The notes under the pieces: generated by a model
Database searches by the model: none
Seen by the model: only the letters and a program-made list of their open reading frames with translations
What the model was told of the DNA's origin: nothing
NCBI GenBank assembly: GCA_037133595.1
Contig: JBAXNV010000001.1
Location: forward strand, 30,479-94,478
Direction of reading: 5' to 3'
Origin: a bacterium
Lineage (GTDB): Bacteria; Patescibacteriota; Microgenomatia; UBA1400; UBA12108
DNA length: 64,000 bases
In this document: positions 19,491-29,828 of the stretch, piece after piece
How positions within the stretch are numbered: the first letter of the stretch is position 1
Layout: every line of letters begins with the position of its first letter
Translations under genes and position numbers: made by a program

Positions 19491-20771
19491 ATGCTCAAAA
19501 GACTCAAAACTCTTACCTCCTCCTCTGGTGCCATCTCTCTATTTTTTATAAGCGGTGGCAACATTATCTCGACCATAATCTCGGCGCTTGCACTAATCAT
19601 TTTTTCGCGCTTTCTTGGCCCAGCCGAGTTTGGTGTTTTCTCGGCAGGCTTTGCACTTATGCAGATTATTATCCGCGTTGTCGATATGGGGGTAAACACA
19701 GCAGCCGAGCGCACAATAGCCCAAAAGTACGAGACTAGCGAAAGGCCAACAGCCATCTCATACATGCAACTAGTCCTCTGGATTAGATCGTTTGCAATCA
19801 CAATCGTATTGATTATCGGCCTTCTCTTTTCCCAGTCAATCGCCACTTGGCTTGGCATCACCAATCTATTAATCATCCGTCTCGCTTTTCTTACCTCTTT
19901 TGGTACGGTTTTTTACGAGTATGTAGCACTATTACTTCAGTCCACCCAGGCATTTATGTATGTTGCGCGCATGGCAATTGCTCAGGCATCAGCCAAGCTA
20001 ATTTTTGGCCTTATTCTTATTTGGCAACACGCATTAACCGCTACTTCTGCGCTAGCTATCTACGGTCTTATGCCCTTTTTTGGGGCTCTCTCTTCGCTTC
20101 GTCGCATTCCACTCACTTCCTTTGACTTGCCGCCAAATTGGCAAAAGCTCGGGAAGACTCTTGGGCTTACAGCTCGCTGGACAGCGATCAATATGATTGG
20201 GGTAACTCTCGCCGATAATATCGACATCCTGTTGGTGCAAAAGCTCCTTGGCAGTTATCAAACAGGTATCTGGGGCGCAGCGGGGCGCCTTGCACTATTT
20301 GCAAGCTTAATCGGGTTGTCCATGACGACAGTGCTTAGCATTCGCGTTGCGCGATACAACAACAAAAAAGATCTTGACGTCTATCTTGCCAAAGCCAAAT
20401 GGCTCGCACTTGGTGGCGCTACTCTCGTACTACTTGGCATTCCGCTTGCTGGGCTAGGCCTCTGGCTAACAGTCGGCCCAGAATACCTCGTAGGTACCAC
20501 TCCACTTATTCTTATGCTTGTTGCAGTTGCACTAGCTACATCCGCAGCTCCATATACCGCGCTCTTCTATCTTTTCAATCGCCCAGAGTATTATGCCTAT
20601 GTTGGCATCATCCTCGCAGTAGGGATAACGGTTGGCAATTGGTTTGCAATCCCTATCTATGGGCTAATTGGAGCAGGCACGGTAAAAATAGTTGTTCGCG
20701 CCGCAATTCTCGTATTTACACTTTTCTACGCGAGGTCTAGCTATCTTGGCCAAGTAAAGTATAGTAAGTAG
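19491..20771 (+). CDS. Wzx-type oligosaccharide flippase (MOP superfamily polysaccharide biosynthesis protein)
   Basis: 426 aa with about 12 TM helices and a Wzx-like N-terminus; glycan locus context. Confidence 0.6.
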   Translation: MLKRLKTLTSSSGAISLFFISGGNIISTIISALALIIFSRFLGPAEFGVFSAGFALMQIIIRVVDMGVNTAAERTIAQKYETSERPTAISYMQLVLWIRSFAITIVLIIGLLFSQSIATWLGITNLLIIRLAFLTSFGTVFYEYVALLLQSTQAFMYVARMAIAQASAKLIFGLILIWQHALTATSALAIYGLMPFFGALSSLRRIPLTSFDLPPNWQKLGKTLGLTARWTAINMIGVTLADNIDILLVQKLLGSYQTGIWGAAGRLALFASLIGLSMTTVLSIRVARYNNKKDLDVYLAKAKWLALGGATLVLLGIPLAGLGLWLTVGPEYLVGTTPLILMLVAVALATSAAPYTALFYLFNRPEYYAYVGIILAVGITVGNWFAIPIYGLIGAGTVKIVVRAAILVFTLFYARSSYLGQVKYSK

Positions 20772-21777
20772 ATCTACCAGCTCCTTTGCGTTCAATTATT
20801 TCCATACCAATCAGTCTTTGGAAATCAAGGGTGCGGGTAGCTTTTGCGCGAGTAGTGAGTTTGGCATAATCTCTATCGGTAATGTATCCATTCGTTTTAA
20901 TAAAGCCAATGATCTTATTATGATGAATCTCTAGGTTTGTTTCTGGCGAATCGGTGCGCTTTGGCAACATTTTTTGGACTCGCAATAATTCATCAATCAA
21001 ACCGGCGGTAAAATATTCAAGCCACGTGGTAAAGTCGATAGATTCTTTCAATTCATTGTAATCTCCATATTCACCTACAGTTTGAAAATATTTTGTCACA
21101 TTTTGGTTGTAGTAATTCTCAAAGCTAAACAAATTAAACGTATTAAGACCCATTTTTGCGAGCAACACCTTCGTTATCAAACGAGTAGTTCTACCGTTGC
21201 CATCCATAAATGGGTGAATAATAACCATTTGCTTATGAAAAATACCAGCCAAAATCAATGGATCAACCTTGGTTATATTTTTTTTAATATATTTAATCAA
21301 ATCCAACGTAAGGCTCTCAACAACATCAACCTCGGGTGGTAAATATACAATCTTTCCAGTTCTTGGGTCATTCACGACAACTGGCATTTTGCGTAGTCTA
21401 CCAGACTCTTGTTTGGGGAGTAGGTTTTGGGTAACTTGCTTGTGAGTCTGCAAGATAAGGGGGAGCGAAACCTCGATCTCGTTTGACTCAATTAATCTAC
21501 ATAAATTCTCAATAGCTAAGTTGTAGTTAATAACTTCACGCTCACTATCGCGGATATTGGTAGGTCGTGATTTTAGGAGTTGTTTTACTTCGGTAAGGGG
21601 CAGGGGATTGCCTTCGATACTGGTAGATGCAAAAGTCGAAACTTCCCTGGCAATAATCTCAAACTCCAAAAGAACCAATCTTGGGAATCGTCTATCGTTG
21701 AGGTCGTGAACGAGCGAATTTACCTTAGAAATATTTGCAAGTAACTGGTTCGAGATCAAAAATTTTGGCTCAAACAT
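20737..21777 (-). CDS. Fic family protein, class II (internal inhibitory helix)
   Basis: HPFMDGNGRTTRL Fic motif; STSIEGN matches [ST]xxxE[GN]; start set at the conserved MFEPKFLISNQLL. The listed TTG start at 21822 would translate the tandem repeats. Confidence 0.8.
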   Translation of the reverse strand: MFEPKFLISNQLLANISKVNSLVHDLNDRRFPRLVLLEFEIIAREVSTFASTSIEGNPLPLTEVKQLLKSRPTNIRDSEREVINYNLAIENLCRLIESNEIEVSLPLILQTHKQVTQNLLPKQESGRLRKMPVVVNDPRTGKIVYLPPEVDVVESLTLDLIKYIKKNITKVDPLILAGIFHKQMVIIHPFMDGNGRTTRLITKVLLAKMGLNTFNLFSFENYYNQNVTKYFQTVGEYGDYNELKESIDFTTWLEYFTAGLIDELLRVQKMLPKRTDSPETNLEIHHNKIIGFIKTNGYITDRDYAKLTTRAKATRTLDFQRLIGMEIIERKGAGRSTYYTLLGQDS

Positions 21778-21779
21778 AG

Positions 21780-21811
21780 TAGTCGAATAATAGTCGATTA
21801 TTAGTCGATTG
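21780..21811. repeat. three tandem 10-11 bp direct repeats (TAGTCGAATAA / TAGTCGATTAT / TAGTCGATTG) abutting the Fic start codon
   Basis: Read directly from the sequence; the same unit appears at 51064-51093 upstream of the second Fic gene. Confidence 0.7.
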
Positions 21812-21828
21812 TCAAGTAACAAGCCATC

Positions 21829-22563
21829 TTACACAATCCCCTCATACACCTTGGTCGCTTCTTCAATATCACCAAAGAACAATTGCTTGCCATTCTGTAG
21901 CACAAGCCCTTTGGTACAGTACTTTTTGACCATATCGGGGCTATGGCTCACCATTACCATAGTACTCCCAAGCTTCTTAAACTCGGCCATGCGAGCCAGA
22001 CACTTTTGCTGAAAGCTCTGATCTCCCACGGCCAGGATCTCATCAATTAGTAGTATATCGGGAGTTTCGGCAACAGCTACCGAGAAGGCGAGGCGCATAT
22101 ACATTCCCGAGGAATAGTGTTTGATCGGCTGGTCCATAAAGTTCTCAAGCTCGGCAAATTCGACAATATTATTGTATAGCTTATCCATATCTTTGCGCTT
22201 GATCCCGAGTATCGAGCCATTAAGGTATACATTCTCGCGCCCCGTAAGTTCTGGGTGAAATCCTGCACCAAGCTCGATAAGCGGCGCCACACGCCCATTC
22301 ACAGTTATTCGCCCATCAGAGGGCTTGGTAACACCCGCAATGATCTTAAGTAGGGTTGACTTGCCGCTACCGTTTCGCCCCATAATCCCCAGTGATTCTC
22401 CTTTGGCTAGTTCAAATTCAATCGAGGATAGTGCCGCAAAGTTGGTTTTGGTTTCTTTGCCAGAGAACAGGGCAGGGAGAAACTCCTTAAACGTTCGCTG
22501 TTTTTGCAGGCTATATTCTTTGCTTACGTTTTCAGCTTGTATGGCGCATGTTGGGTTAGACAT
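21829..22563 (-). CDS. ABC transporter ATP-binding protein, Wzt/TagH-like polysaccharide exporter
   Basis: Walker A GRNGSGKST; signature YSSGMYMRL; Walker B LLIDE; start at MSNPT, 4 nt after the permease stop. Confidence 0.8.
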   Translation of the reverse strand: MSNPTCAIQAENVSKEYSLQKQRTFKEFLPALFSGKETKTNFAALSSIEFELAKGESLGIMGRNGSGKSTLLKIIAGVTKPSDGRITVNGRVAPLIELGAGFHPELTGRENVYLNGSILGIKRKDMDKLYNNIVEFAELENFMDQPIKHYSSGMYMRLAFSVAVAETPDILLIDEILAVGDQSFQQKCLARMAEFKKLGSTMVMVSHSPDMVKKYCTKGLVLQNGKQLFFGDIEEATKVYEGIV

Positions 22564-23356
22564 AGTCGGCAAATCTCCCTTCCAGTTTCTTAAACACCAC
22601 AAACCCAATCCCAAAGAAAACGAGCGCAGTAACAGCGGCAATAGACAAGCTAACCATATTTGGCTCTTTGCCAGACAAGATAACTTGTCGATAGGCATTG
22701 ATAATCACAGACATAGGGTTAAGGGATAGCAAGAATCGGTACCTCTCGGGTATTACTTCCACTGGGTACATAATCGGAGTAAGGTACATCCACACAAGGA
22801 TAATTAGACCGAGCAGGTACTGGATATCACGGTAAAAAAGGTTAAAGGCCGAGACGAGTAGCGATAGCCCCATAGATAGTAAGACTTGGATCAAAAATAT
22901 CGGTAGTATCCACAGGTAGTGGATCGTAAGCGGGATATGAAAGATGAAAAGAAAAAGTATAAGTACGAGGCACGAGTAGCCAAAGTCCACAATCTTGGCG
23001 ATGATTGTGGCATAAACAAGGATTTCTCGGGGGAAGTAAATCTTGGTGATCAAATTGCTGTTACCCACCAGCGCCCCAGCCGATGACATTAGGCTAGAGG
23101 TAAAAAGGTTCCAGGGGAGTAGGGCAACAGTCAAAAAGATAATAAATGGCACACCAAGCGAGGGCACGTGTAGGATCTTGTCGAAAACAAAGCTCATCAC
23201 AATAAGCTGAAACAGCGGATTAAGTATTACCCATGCGTATCCTAGTACCGACTGCTTGTACCTCTGTGATATCTCGCGGTTGGCCAGATTCCAAAGTAGC
23301 TCTCGATGTTCCCAAAAAAGCTTAAGATTGACAGCCAACTTTTGCACAAGATTCAT
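22556..23356 (-). CDS. ABC-2 type transporter permease, Wzm/TagG-like
   Basis: 6 TM helices; immediately upstream of the Wzt-like ATPase. Confidence 0.7.
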   Translation of the reverse strand: MNLVQKLAVNLKLFWEHRELLWNLANREISQRYKQSVLGYAWVILNPLFQLIVMSFVFDKILHVPSLGVPFIIFLTVALLPWNLFTSSLMSSAGALVGNSNLITKIYFPREILVYATIIAKIVDFGYSCLVLILFLFIFHIPLTIHYLWILPIFLIQVLLSMGLSLLVSAFNLFYRDIQYLLGLIILVWMYLTPIMYPVEVIPERYRFLLSLNPMSVIINAYRQVILSGKEPNMVSLSIAAVTALVFFGIGFVVFKKLEGRFADYV

Positions 23357-23374
23357 ACGTCTAGTCTATCACAA

Positions 23375-24442
23375 CTATGATCGAAAAATATTTTCCCAAG
23401 TTAGGGGCGATAGTTGCTTTTCCAGATTAGCTAACTCGCCACTAAGGTCGTTAATGGATTTATATGTCTTAGTAATTTGGCTTACCCATGTTTTTGCGTT
23501 ACGCTCGTTAGCGTAAGGAATAATAGTTAGTAATTTTGATTTAATCCCTATCCCTTCTGCTCCAATTTCGGTCGTTATTATTGGTTTCCCATAAGAAAGA
23601 CTCTCTAGTATCTTGATTCTAGTCCCAGAACCAGAATAAATAGGTGCAACTAAGAAATCAATCTTTGAGTAAAAATCACGCAATTCGTCGATATGATCAA
23701 TTATTTCTACATGTTTGTTTTCGCTTAGCAATTTGTCAAACTTACCTAGTACCATCACGCGATATTCGTGTTCTCTCGTATTTAATGCGGGGAGAATATT
23801 CTCGGTAATAAAGTTGATAGCCGCAATATTAGGTGTATGCGATTGAGAGCCAATAAATCCAAGAGTCATAATTTTACTTGTTCTTGGCGGCAAAAAATGT
23901 ATCCCATCAATTCCGTTTGGAGTAATTAATATATTATTCATTCCAAATAAATTAGATAATGCGGCGGCATCTATCTTAGACATTGTGACAACTTGGTGGA
24001 ATCGCTTAAGGTAGTATTTTTCGTAGATATACACCTGTAGGCAGCTTGCGAGTCGCAGCAGTACCACGAAGGGATTATTGCTTTCCCATGCACGTCTCCA
24101 GAAAGAAACAGTAGATATGTCTAACGAAACAAATGTAGTAGGAACGTCGCGCGGCAGAAACTGCGCAAGATATAGCAACTGCGTGCCTTCTATTCTAATT
24201 TCATCAAAAGATTCATTCTCCAACAATTTGCGCAACTCAGGATTGTAATAATTGGTCATATGATAGGGGATGCCAGTTGTTATCGAAGTCCAAAGAGACT
24301 TTCTAACTACAGACACTTCCCTAAAGGTAATTTCATATTTTTGACTCAAGTATTTAAGAGTATTTTTTAGTCTTGTGGCACCACCATTATTTTGTGGTAG
24401 TAGTGGTATCCCGGAAATAAGTAGAAGTTTTAGTTTTTTCAT
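23375..24442 (-). CDS. family 4 glycosyltransferase
   Basis: GT-B architecture; first gene of the low-GC cassette. Confidence 0.6.
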   Translation of the reverse strand: MKKLKLLLISGIPLLPQNNGGATRLKNTLKYLSQKYEITFREVSVVRKSLWTSITTGIPYHMTNYYNPELRKLLENESFDEIRIEGTQLLYLAQFLPRDVPTTFVSLDISTVSFWRRAWESNNPFVVLLRLASCLQVYIYEKYYLKRFHQVVTMSKIDAAALSNLFGMNNILITPNGIDGIHFLPPRTSKIMTLGFIGSQSHTPNIAAINFITENILPALNTREHEYRVMVLGKFDKLLSENKHVEIIDHIDELRDFYSKIDFLVAPIYSGSGTRIKILESLSYGKPIITTEIGAEGIGIKSKLLTIIPYANERNAKTWVSQITKTYKSINDLSGELANLEKQLSPLTWENIFRS

Positions 24443-24486
24443 TACCGCCTATTTATAACATGTAGATGAGGATACATTCCCAATGT

Positions 24487-24517
24487 TTGACACTTATTGC
24501 TGTCACACATATATAAT
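24487..24517 (+). promoter_or_regulatory. sigma70-like promoter (TTGACA, 17 nt spacer, TATATA) for the GT2 gene at 24529
   Basis: Consensus-like hexamers read in the divergent intergenic region. Confidence 0.3.
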
Positions 24518-24528
24518 ACAACCTTATT

Positions 24529-25377
24529 ATGATAAAAATACTGAAGAAATATCACAACAGTTATCTAGTTTATAAAATGCTTCACAAGAAGGAATCTCTC
24601 TTTGGGAACAGAATCCAAGTTGTAGAAGGATTGGCACAGAACAACCTCAAACCTATAGATACTCAGATCAATCCAATTTCAATAATTATTCTTAATCATA
24701 ATAATGGAAACATCCTCCCAAAATGCCTGGACTCACTAATAAAATATAATGATTACGGTTATCGAATCATTGTGGTAGATAATTTATCAGCAGACAAATC
24801 TGTTGAGTTTTTAGGGAAAAAATACAAAAACATAATAACAATAGTACGTAATAAGATTAATGGATGTGCTTCTGGTAGAAACCTTGGGGCAATAGAGGCT
24901 GGTCAGGGATTATTAGTATTTCTTGACAGCGATCAGGGGCCAACAGCTCACAATTGGTTAGACAACTATCTTCAAATATTGTTATCAGATCCAAAGGTAG
25001 GAGCAATCGGTAGTAATGGAGGGTTCTTCACGGAAAGAGATCTTACCGGACCTTTACTAAGCCTGTTTCCGAATTTAGGGATGAAACAAGGCGTTATTTG
25101 TCGTACAAATATCGATTACCTAGAAACGAGTGGTTTTTTGATTAGGAAAACCTTATTTGATAAGATAGGGGGATTTGACGATCATTATGATCCATATATT
25201 TTTGAGGATGCAGACTTGTCGAGAAAAATTGTTAAGTCGAATCATTTACTATGTTATAGTCCCTATCTATCTGCTTATCATGATGCTCACAGTACAACCA
25301 AATCCGATCAGGCAGGCCAAGATTACTTAACACAATTTAGCAATAACGCGGCGTATTTTAGAAAAAAGTGGTTGTAA
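24529..25377 (+). CDS. family 2 glycosyltransferase
   Basis: ISIIILNHNNG...IIVVDNLSADKS...DSDQ. Confidence 0.65.
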   Translation: MIKILKKYHNSYLVYKMLHKKESLFGNRIQVVEGLAQNNLKPIDTQINPISIIILNHNNGNILPKCLDSLIKYNDYGYRIIVVDNLSADKSVEFLGKKYKNIITIVRNKINGCASGRNLGAIEAGQGLLVFLDSDQGPTAHNWLDNYLQILLSDPKVGAIGSNGGFFTERDLTGPLLSLFPNLGMKQGVICRTNIDYLETSGFLIRKTLFDKIGGFDDHYDPYIFEDADLSRKIVKSNHLLCYSPYLSAYHDAHSTTKSDQAGQDYLTQFSNNAAYFRKKWL

Positions 25378-26280
25378 TTTGTACTCCGTTGATAAGAGAC
25401 TTTCTTCATAAAACGGCTTTTCAGTTTGGTCAAACTGCTCTTTTGCATACACGCCAGCTACAGAATAGCCAATTCTATTCATCTGTCTAGTCATCTGGTG
25501 ATAAAACCTTGCGATTGATCCATCTATTCTAATTTTGTCCTGGGTTGGAACGACCTTCATTAATCGGATCCAAAATGCATTAGACTCTTCAGTGGCGCGC
25601 TGACTATAAGTACCTTGTCCCGGATGCTTCCTGGAGCAAAGTAGATAGTCTTTCATGAAGAGGATATTGTATTTTGGAAATAATCTTAGCCACATATCAT
25701 AATCCTGAGAAGTGCGAAGGCTTGGATCAAATAATCCTTCTTTAATTAAAATATTTTTAGGAATTAAGGTAGTACATCCGAAAACTAATCCTTTTACGAC
25801 GGGGTAGTAATGACATTGAAATTTTCTTACGTCGTGCACATTCTCGATGTTAACGGATTCGACGATATCTGCATTTTCATTAATTATTCGATAATTAGAA
25901 AACAATATTGTCTTATTTCGCAAATCTGCATCTATTTCATTCAACGTCTCTACTTGCTGCTCGATCTTATTGGGTTCAAACACGTCATCATGCGACAGCC
26001 AAGAGATATATTGTCCTTTAGCTTCAATTATCCCAATATTCAAAGCATCGGATACTCCACTATTCTTTTTCCCTATATATCTAATTTTATTTCCATAAGA
26101 TTTAACTATTTCTTCTGTATCATCAGTCGAGCCATCATTTACAACAATGACTTCGCAGTTTTTGTGGGTTTGCGCCAGTGCACTGTCTATGGCTTGGCAC
26201 AAGTATCTGGTACCATTGTAGACAGGAATTACGATAGAAACTAACAGATCATTGTTACTTTTATTCATCAGAGACAGCAA
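25327..26280 (-). CDS. family 2 glycosyltransferase
   Basis: VSIVIPVYNGTRYLCQAIDSALAQTHKNCEVIVVNDGSTDDT; paralogue of 27569..28696. Confidence 0.7.
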   Translation of the reverse strand: MLSLMNKSNNDLLVSIVIPVYNGTRYLCQAIDSALAQTHKNCEVIVVNDGSTDDTEEIVKSYGNKIRYIGKKNSGVSDALNIGIIEAKGQYISWLSHDDVFEPNKIEQQVETLNEIDADLRNKTILFSNYRIINENADIVESVNIENVHDVRKFQCHYYPVVKGLVFGCTTLIPKNILIKEGLFDPSLRTSQDYDMWLRLFPKYNILFMKDYLLCSRKHPGQGTYSQRATEESNAFWIRLMKVVPTQDKIRIDGSIARFYHQMTRQMNRIGYSVAGVYAKEQFDQTEKPFYEESLLSTEYKLQPLFSKIRRVIAKLC

Positions 26281-26292
26281 TCTTTCTTTGAT

Positions 26293-27582
26293 TTAGTCGA
26301 CTAACTCTAGAAACTTCAATCTGTCACGAACGATCCTACTAATATTTTCTGGACTAAAGTATTTATTAGCAGTATATTTACCCTCAACTATAAGTTTATT
26401 TCTCCAGACTGAATCAGAAACCATTCGATGCATGTGTGTTATTGCCTCATCAATATTTGGATTAGCCCAAATCAAACCATCACCGGGCTTTGAACCAACA
26501 TATTTGCCATTTACAGGAACTAGATCATAACCAACGAGTGCCGTATTCATATGTGTCATATACTGCATATTACCTGACCATGCAGTTGAAATTACCGGCG
26601 TGCCCAAAGACATAGCTTCTAGAGGCAACAAACCAAAACCTTCAGAACGATGCAAAGATATCACAGCATCTGATATCTGAACTAATGTTCTTTTTTCGAT
26701 ATCTGATAGATATTTTTCTATAAAATAAATATGCGGATAAGGCGACAATGCCTTCTTTAATTCTTGGATGTGTCTTCTATGTTTGTTTGAATAATTCAGT
26801 TTCAATACCAATCCAACATTATGGTCATCTGGGGAAAAAGCTTTTAAAAAAGCTTTAGCAACAGCATGAGGATTTTTTCGGGACACATAGCTCGTGCAAT
26901 CATAAGCAAACGTAAATATGAATATATTGCTGTCGATCTTAAAATGGTTTCTACCATCTTTTAGGATTGTTTTTTTTGGATTTGCGAATAGTGGAACTGT
27001 GATAACGGGAACGATTGATTTTTTCCCAATTGCAATTGTACAAAAATCAGAAAGAGTCCATATTTCGTGGAACATACTCAAATGACGGCTATAAATTTCA
27101 GGTAGTTCTTCTAGCTCCCATGCCAAATATCCGATATTAAAATATTTTTTGCCATCAAGGCCGAGATGTAACATCATTGCTGATGCATTTGAGGTAGCAT
27201 GACAAGAAAAAAGATTAACGCTGTATGGTTTTTTGCTTTTAAATTCTAATTTACATTTTTTAAGATCGGATAAATCAAATATATTATACGGAATTTGAGC
27301 ACTATCTAATAACTGTTGTAACGAGCGAGCTATTTCGCCAGCACTGTTTTTCAAATCATAAACGAAAAGATTTACGCCTTGTGGCAAATTACTAAATCTG
27401 CGACGATTTAATCTGACATTTTCATTGTACAAATAAATTTTTTGATAAAATGCATCTTTAAAATTGCCGTAAATTTTACCAGGTAAAACAGACTTTATAA
27501 TATGCTTTACTGAACGTATTACAGGGAATGTGTTAATCTTTATTGACAAGTGTTGTCTGTCAATTTGTTTATTTATGACCAT
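26293..27582 (-). CDS. family 4-like glycosyltransferase (GT-B)
   Basis: RSEGFGLLPLEAMSLGTPVISTAWSGN. Confidence 0.6.
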   Translation of the reverse strand: MVINKQIDRQHLSIKINTFPVIRSVKHIIKSVLPGKIYGNFKDAFYQKIYLYNENVRLNRRRFSNLPQGVNLFVYDLKNSAGEIARSLQQLLDSAQIPYNIFDLSDLKKCKLEFKSKKPYSVNLFSCHATSNASAMMLHLGLDGKKYFNIGYLAWELEELPEIYSRHLSMFHEIWTLSDFCTIAIGKKSIVPVITVPLFANPKKTILKDGRNHFKIDSNIFIFTFAYDCTSYVSRKNPHAVAKAFLKAFSPDDHNVGLVLKLNYSNKHRRHIQELKKALSPYPHIYFIEKYLSDIEKRTLVQISDAVISLHRSEGFGLLPLEAMSLGTPVISTAWSGNMQYMTHMNTALVGYDLVPVNGKYVGSKPGDGLIWANPNIDEAITHMHRMVSDSVWRNKLIVEGKYTANKYFSPENISRIVRDRLKFLELVD

Positions 27583-28696
27583 ATTTTGTCTTAATTTTAC
27601 TGCTTAAAAGTATAAATATTTTTTTTAATGCTTTCCAAAGCCCATATTTCTTGATTGCTTTGAAAGTTCTGGCAGGTATATCGTAACGCAAAAAAAGACG
27701 GATTGTTTTATGAGCAGATTTAGCAATAGTTTTTTCTTCACTAACCAATGAAACTGTATTTAAATTTCGCCTACCATACATTGTTTTAATACCTTTGCCT
27801 TCTGCTAATACCTCCACATAATCAAGTGCAATAGAATAGTCTGCATATGCAAAAAAATACTCCATATCAAGAAAAAACTGTGCTACTGTCGGAGATATTT
27901 GAAGGATTTCTTCATCGTTTAGATGATCTAGAATGTCAATATAGAGCAAACTATACTCGATATTACCCCGAGTATGAGATCTCCTACCTTGTCTGCTAGA
28001 TGATTCTCGAGCTGTAATTAGAACTTCATTTATATATAGGTGTGGAAACTTTGCAAATGCTCGGTAATAGAATTCAAAATCGTGGGCTACCAATGATGTT
28101 TCATCAAATAATCCAACTGTTTCAAATACTTTTTTTGAAAACAGGTGGGTGCAGCCATGTGTTTTATTGTAAATAACAGGATATAGCCACAAATCATTTC
28201 TTTTTGGATACTCGTCTCTATGTTGCTGGTAACCAGCAGTGGGAAATGTTCTCGTGTAATCTTCGTTCATTCCGTCCAAATCAGAAATTATAATAGTGTC
28301 TCTATTTTTCAATTTGGAGAGTTCTTCTATAGCTCGAGAAATCTTTTGTGGATAGTATAAATCATCATGACTTAGCCAAGAAAAATATTCTCCACGCATT
28401 TCTTTTATACCGAGATTGAGAGCAGTTGATGTTCCTCCATTTTTCTTAGAAAAATAGCGAATTTTATCACCATAAGACAATGCAATTTTTTCGGTGGCCC
28501 CATCATCATTTGATCCATCATTGATAACAATTATCTCTATGTTCTTATATGTTTGAGACAAGGCGCTATCAATAGCTTCACGAAGAAAATTTGAGCCGTT
28601 ATATACAGGGATCACGATTGATACGAGTGGATTCCAGCTTAATGATTTGATTATTATTGGCTTCTTTTTATTATTATTTATCATAACTTTGTCCAA
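27569..28696 (-). CDS. family 2 glycosyltransferase
   Basis: VSIVIPVYNGSNFLREAIDSALSQTYKNIEIIVINDGSNDDG. Confidence 0.7.
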   Translation of the reverse strand: MDKVMINNNKKKPIIIKSLSWNPLVSIVIPVYNGSNFLREAIDSALSQTYKNIEIIVINDGSNDDGATEKIALSYGDKIRYFSKKNGGTSTALNLGIKEMRGEYFSWLSHDDLYYPQKISRAIEELSKLKNRDTIIISDLDGMNEDYTRTFPTAGYQQHRDEYPKRNDLWLYPVIYNKTHGCTHLFSKKVFETVGLFDETSLVAHDFEFYYRAFAKFPHLYINEVLITARESSSRQGRRSHTRGNIEYSLLYIDILDHLNDEEILQISPTVAQFFLDMEYFFAYADYSIALDYVEVLAEGKGIKTMYGRRNLNTVSLVSEEKTIAKSAHKTIRLFLRYDIPARTFKAIKKYGLWKALKKIFILLSSKIKTKYGHK

Positions 28697-29790
28697 ATAG
28701 TTCTATTAACATATTCTGTGTAACTTGCAATAATTTTGACTACTTTTTGTGCCAAATGATCGACATCATAATCTTTAACAACGCCAATCTGACCAATTTG
28801 GCTCGTAACAATTTTTATAGAATTTAACACATTTTCTTTTTTTAACCCACTCATAATCAGCGTACCTTCATCCATGCCCTCTGGTCTTTCATGTGCTTGT
28901 CTAATCGTAATAGCAGGAAAAACTAACAGTGACGACTCTTCGGTAATAGTGCCGCTATCGGAGATCACACAGAAAGCATTTTGTTGCAATTTAATATAAT
29001 CAAAAAAACCAAAAGGTTTACTTATTCTGATTAATTCGTGCAACTCAATATTTTTCTCTATTAACAACTTTTGCGTTCTAGGATGACAGGAAAAAATTAT
29101 TGGCATCCTATATTGTTCACAAATTGCATTAAGTGAATTAACTAAGTCAGTAAAGTTACTCCAATTATCAATATTTTCCTCGCGATGTACGCTTAAAACA
29201 AAGTATTTTTTTGCTGTCAAATCTAGTTTTGTCAAAATTTCACTCTTCTCAATTAGTTTGCTATTTTCTCTAAGTACTTCTTTCATGCTCGAACCAACCT
29301 TGATAATAGTTTCTGGCCTAATACCTTCGGTAATTAGATATCTCCTAGCGTGTTCTGTAATTGTTAAATTAATGTCGCTTAAATGGTCAATAATTTTTCT
29401 GTTGATTTCTTCTGGCACTCTTTGGTCAAAACATCTATTGCCAGCTTCCATGTGAAAAATTGGAATTCTATTTCTTTTAGCAGAAATTACAGATAAGCAA
29501 GAATTGGTGTCCCCGTAAACAAGTAAAGCATCAGGTGTATTTTGTTTAAACAACTCGTCTGATTTACTAATAATATTGCCGATTGTCTCGGCAGTCGTTT
29601 TGCCCGTTGAGTTCATGAAATAATCTGGTTTTCTGATGCCCAATTCTTCAAAAAAAATCTCATTTAATTCATAGTCATAATTCTGACCAGTGTGAACTAA
29701 AATATGCTCGGTATACAAATCCAATTCTTTAATCACCTGCGACAACTTGATAATTTCTGGTCTTGTGCCAACAATGGTCATGACTTTCAT
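28681..29790 (-). CDS. UDP-N-acetylglucosamine 2-epimerase (non-hydrolysing), WecB/FnlC/Cap5G family
   Basis: MKVMTIVGTRPEIIKL...HTGQNYD...; family-specific N-terminal signature. Confidence 0.8.
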   Translation of the reverse strand: MKVMTIVGTRPEIIKLSQVIKELDLYTEHILVHTGQNYDYELNEIFFEELGIRKPDYFMNSTGKTTAETIGNIISKSDELFKQNTPDALLVYGDTNSCLSVISAKRNRIPIFHMEAGNRCFDQRVPEEINRKIIDHLSDINLTITEHARRYLITEGIRPETIIKVGSSMKEVLRENSKLIEKSEILTKLDLTAKKYFVLSVHREENIDNWSNFTDLVNSLNAICEQYRMPIIFSCHPRTQKLLIEKNIELHELIRISKPFGFFDYIKLQQNAFCVISDSGTITEESSLLVFPAITIRQAHERPEGMDEGTLIMSGLKKENVLNSIKIVTSQIGQIGVVKDYDVDHLAQKVVKIIASYTEYVNRTIWTKL

Positions 29791-29828
29791 ATTATTCTCC
29801 CAAAGATAATTTTTGATAAAACTTAAAT

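Noticed and set aside
20737-21822. Long form of Fic gene 1 starting at the TTG at 21822, and likewise the ATG at 51111 for Fic gene 2
   Set aside because: The extra N-terminal residues (RLIIDYYST and DQSTIIDYNRL) are simply translations of the tandem TAGTCGATTA repeats. Both paralogues re-converge at a conserved MF(E/S)PK... Met immediately after the repeats.
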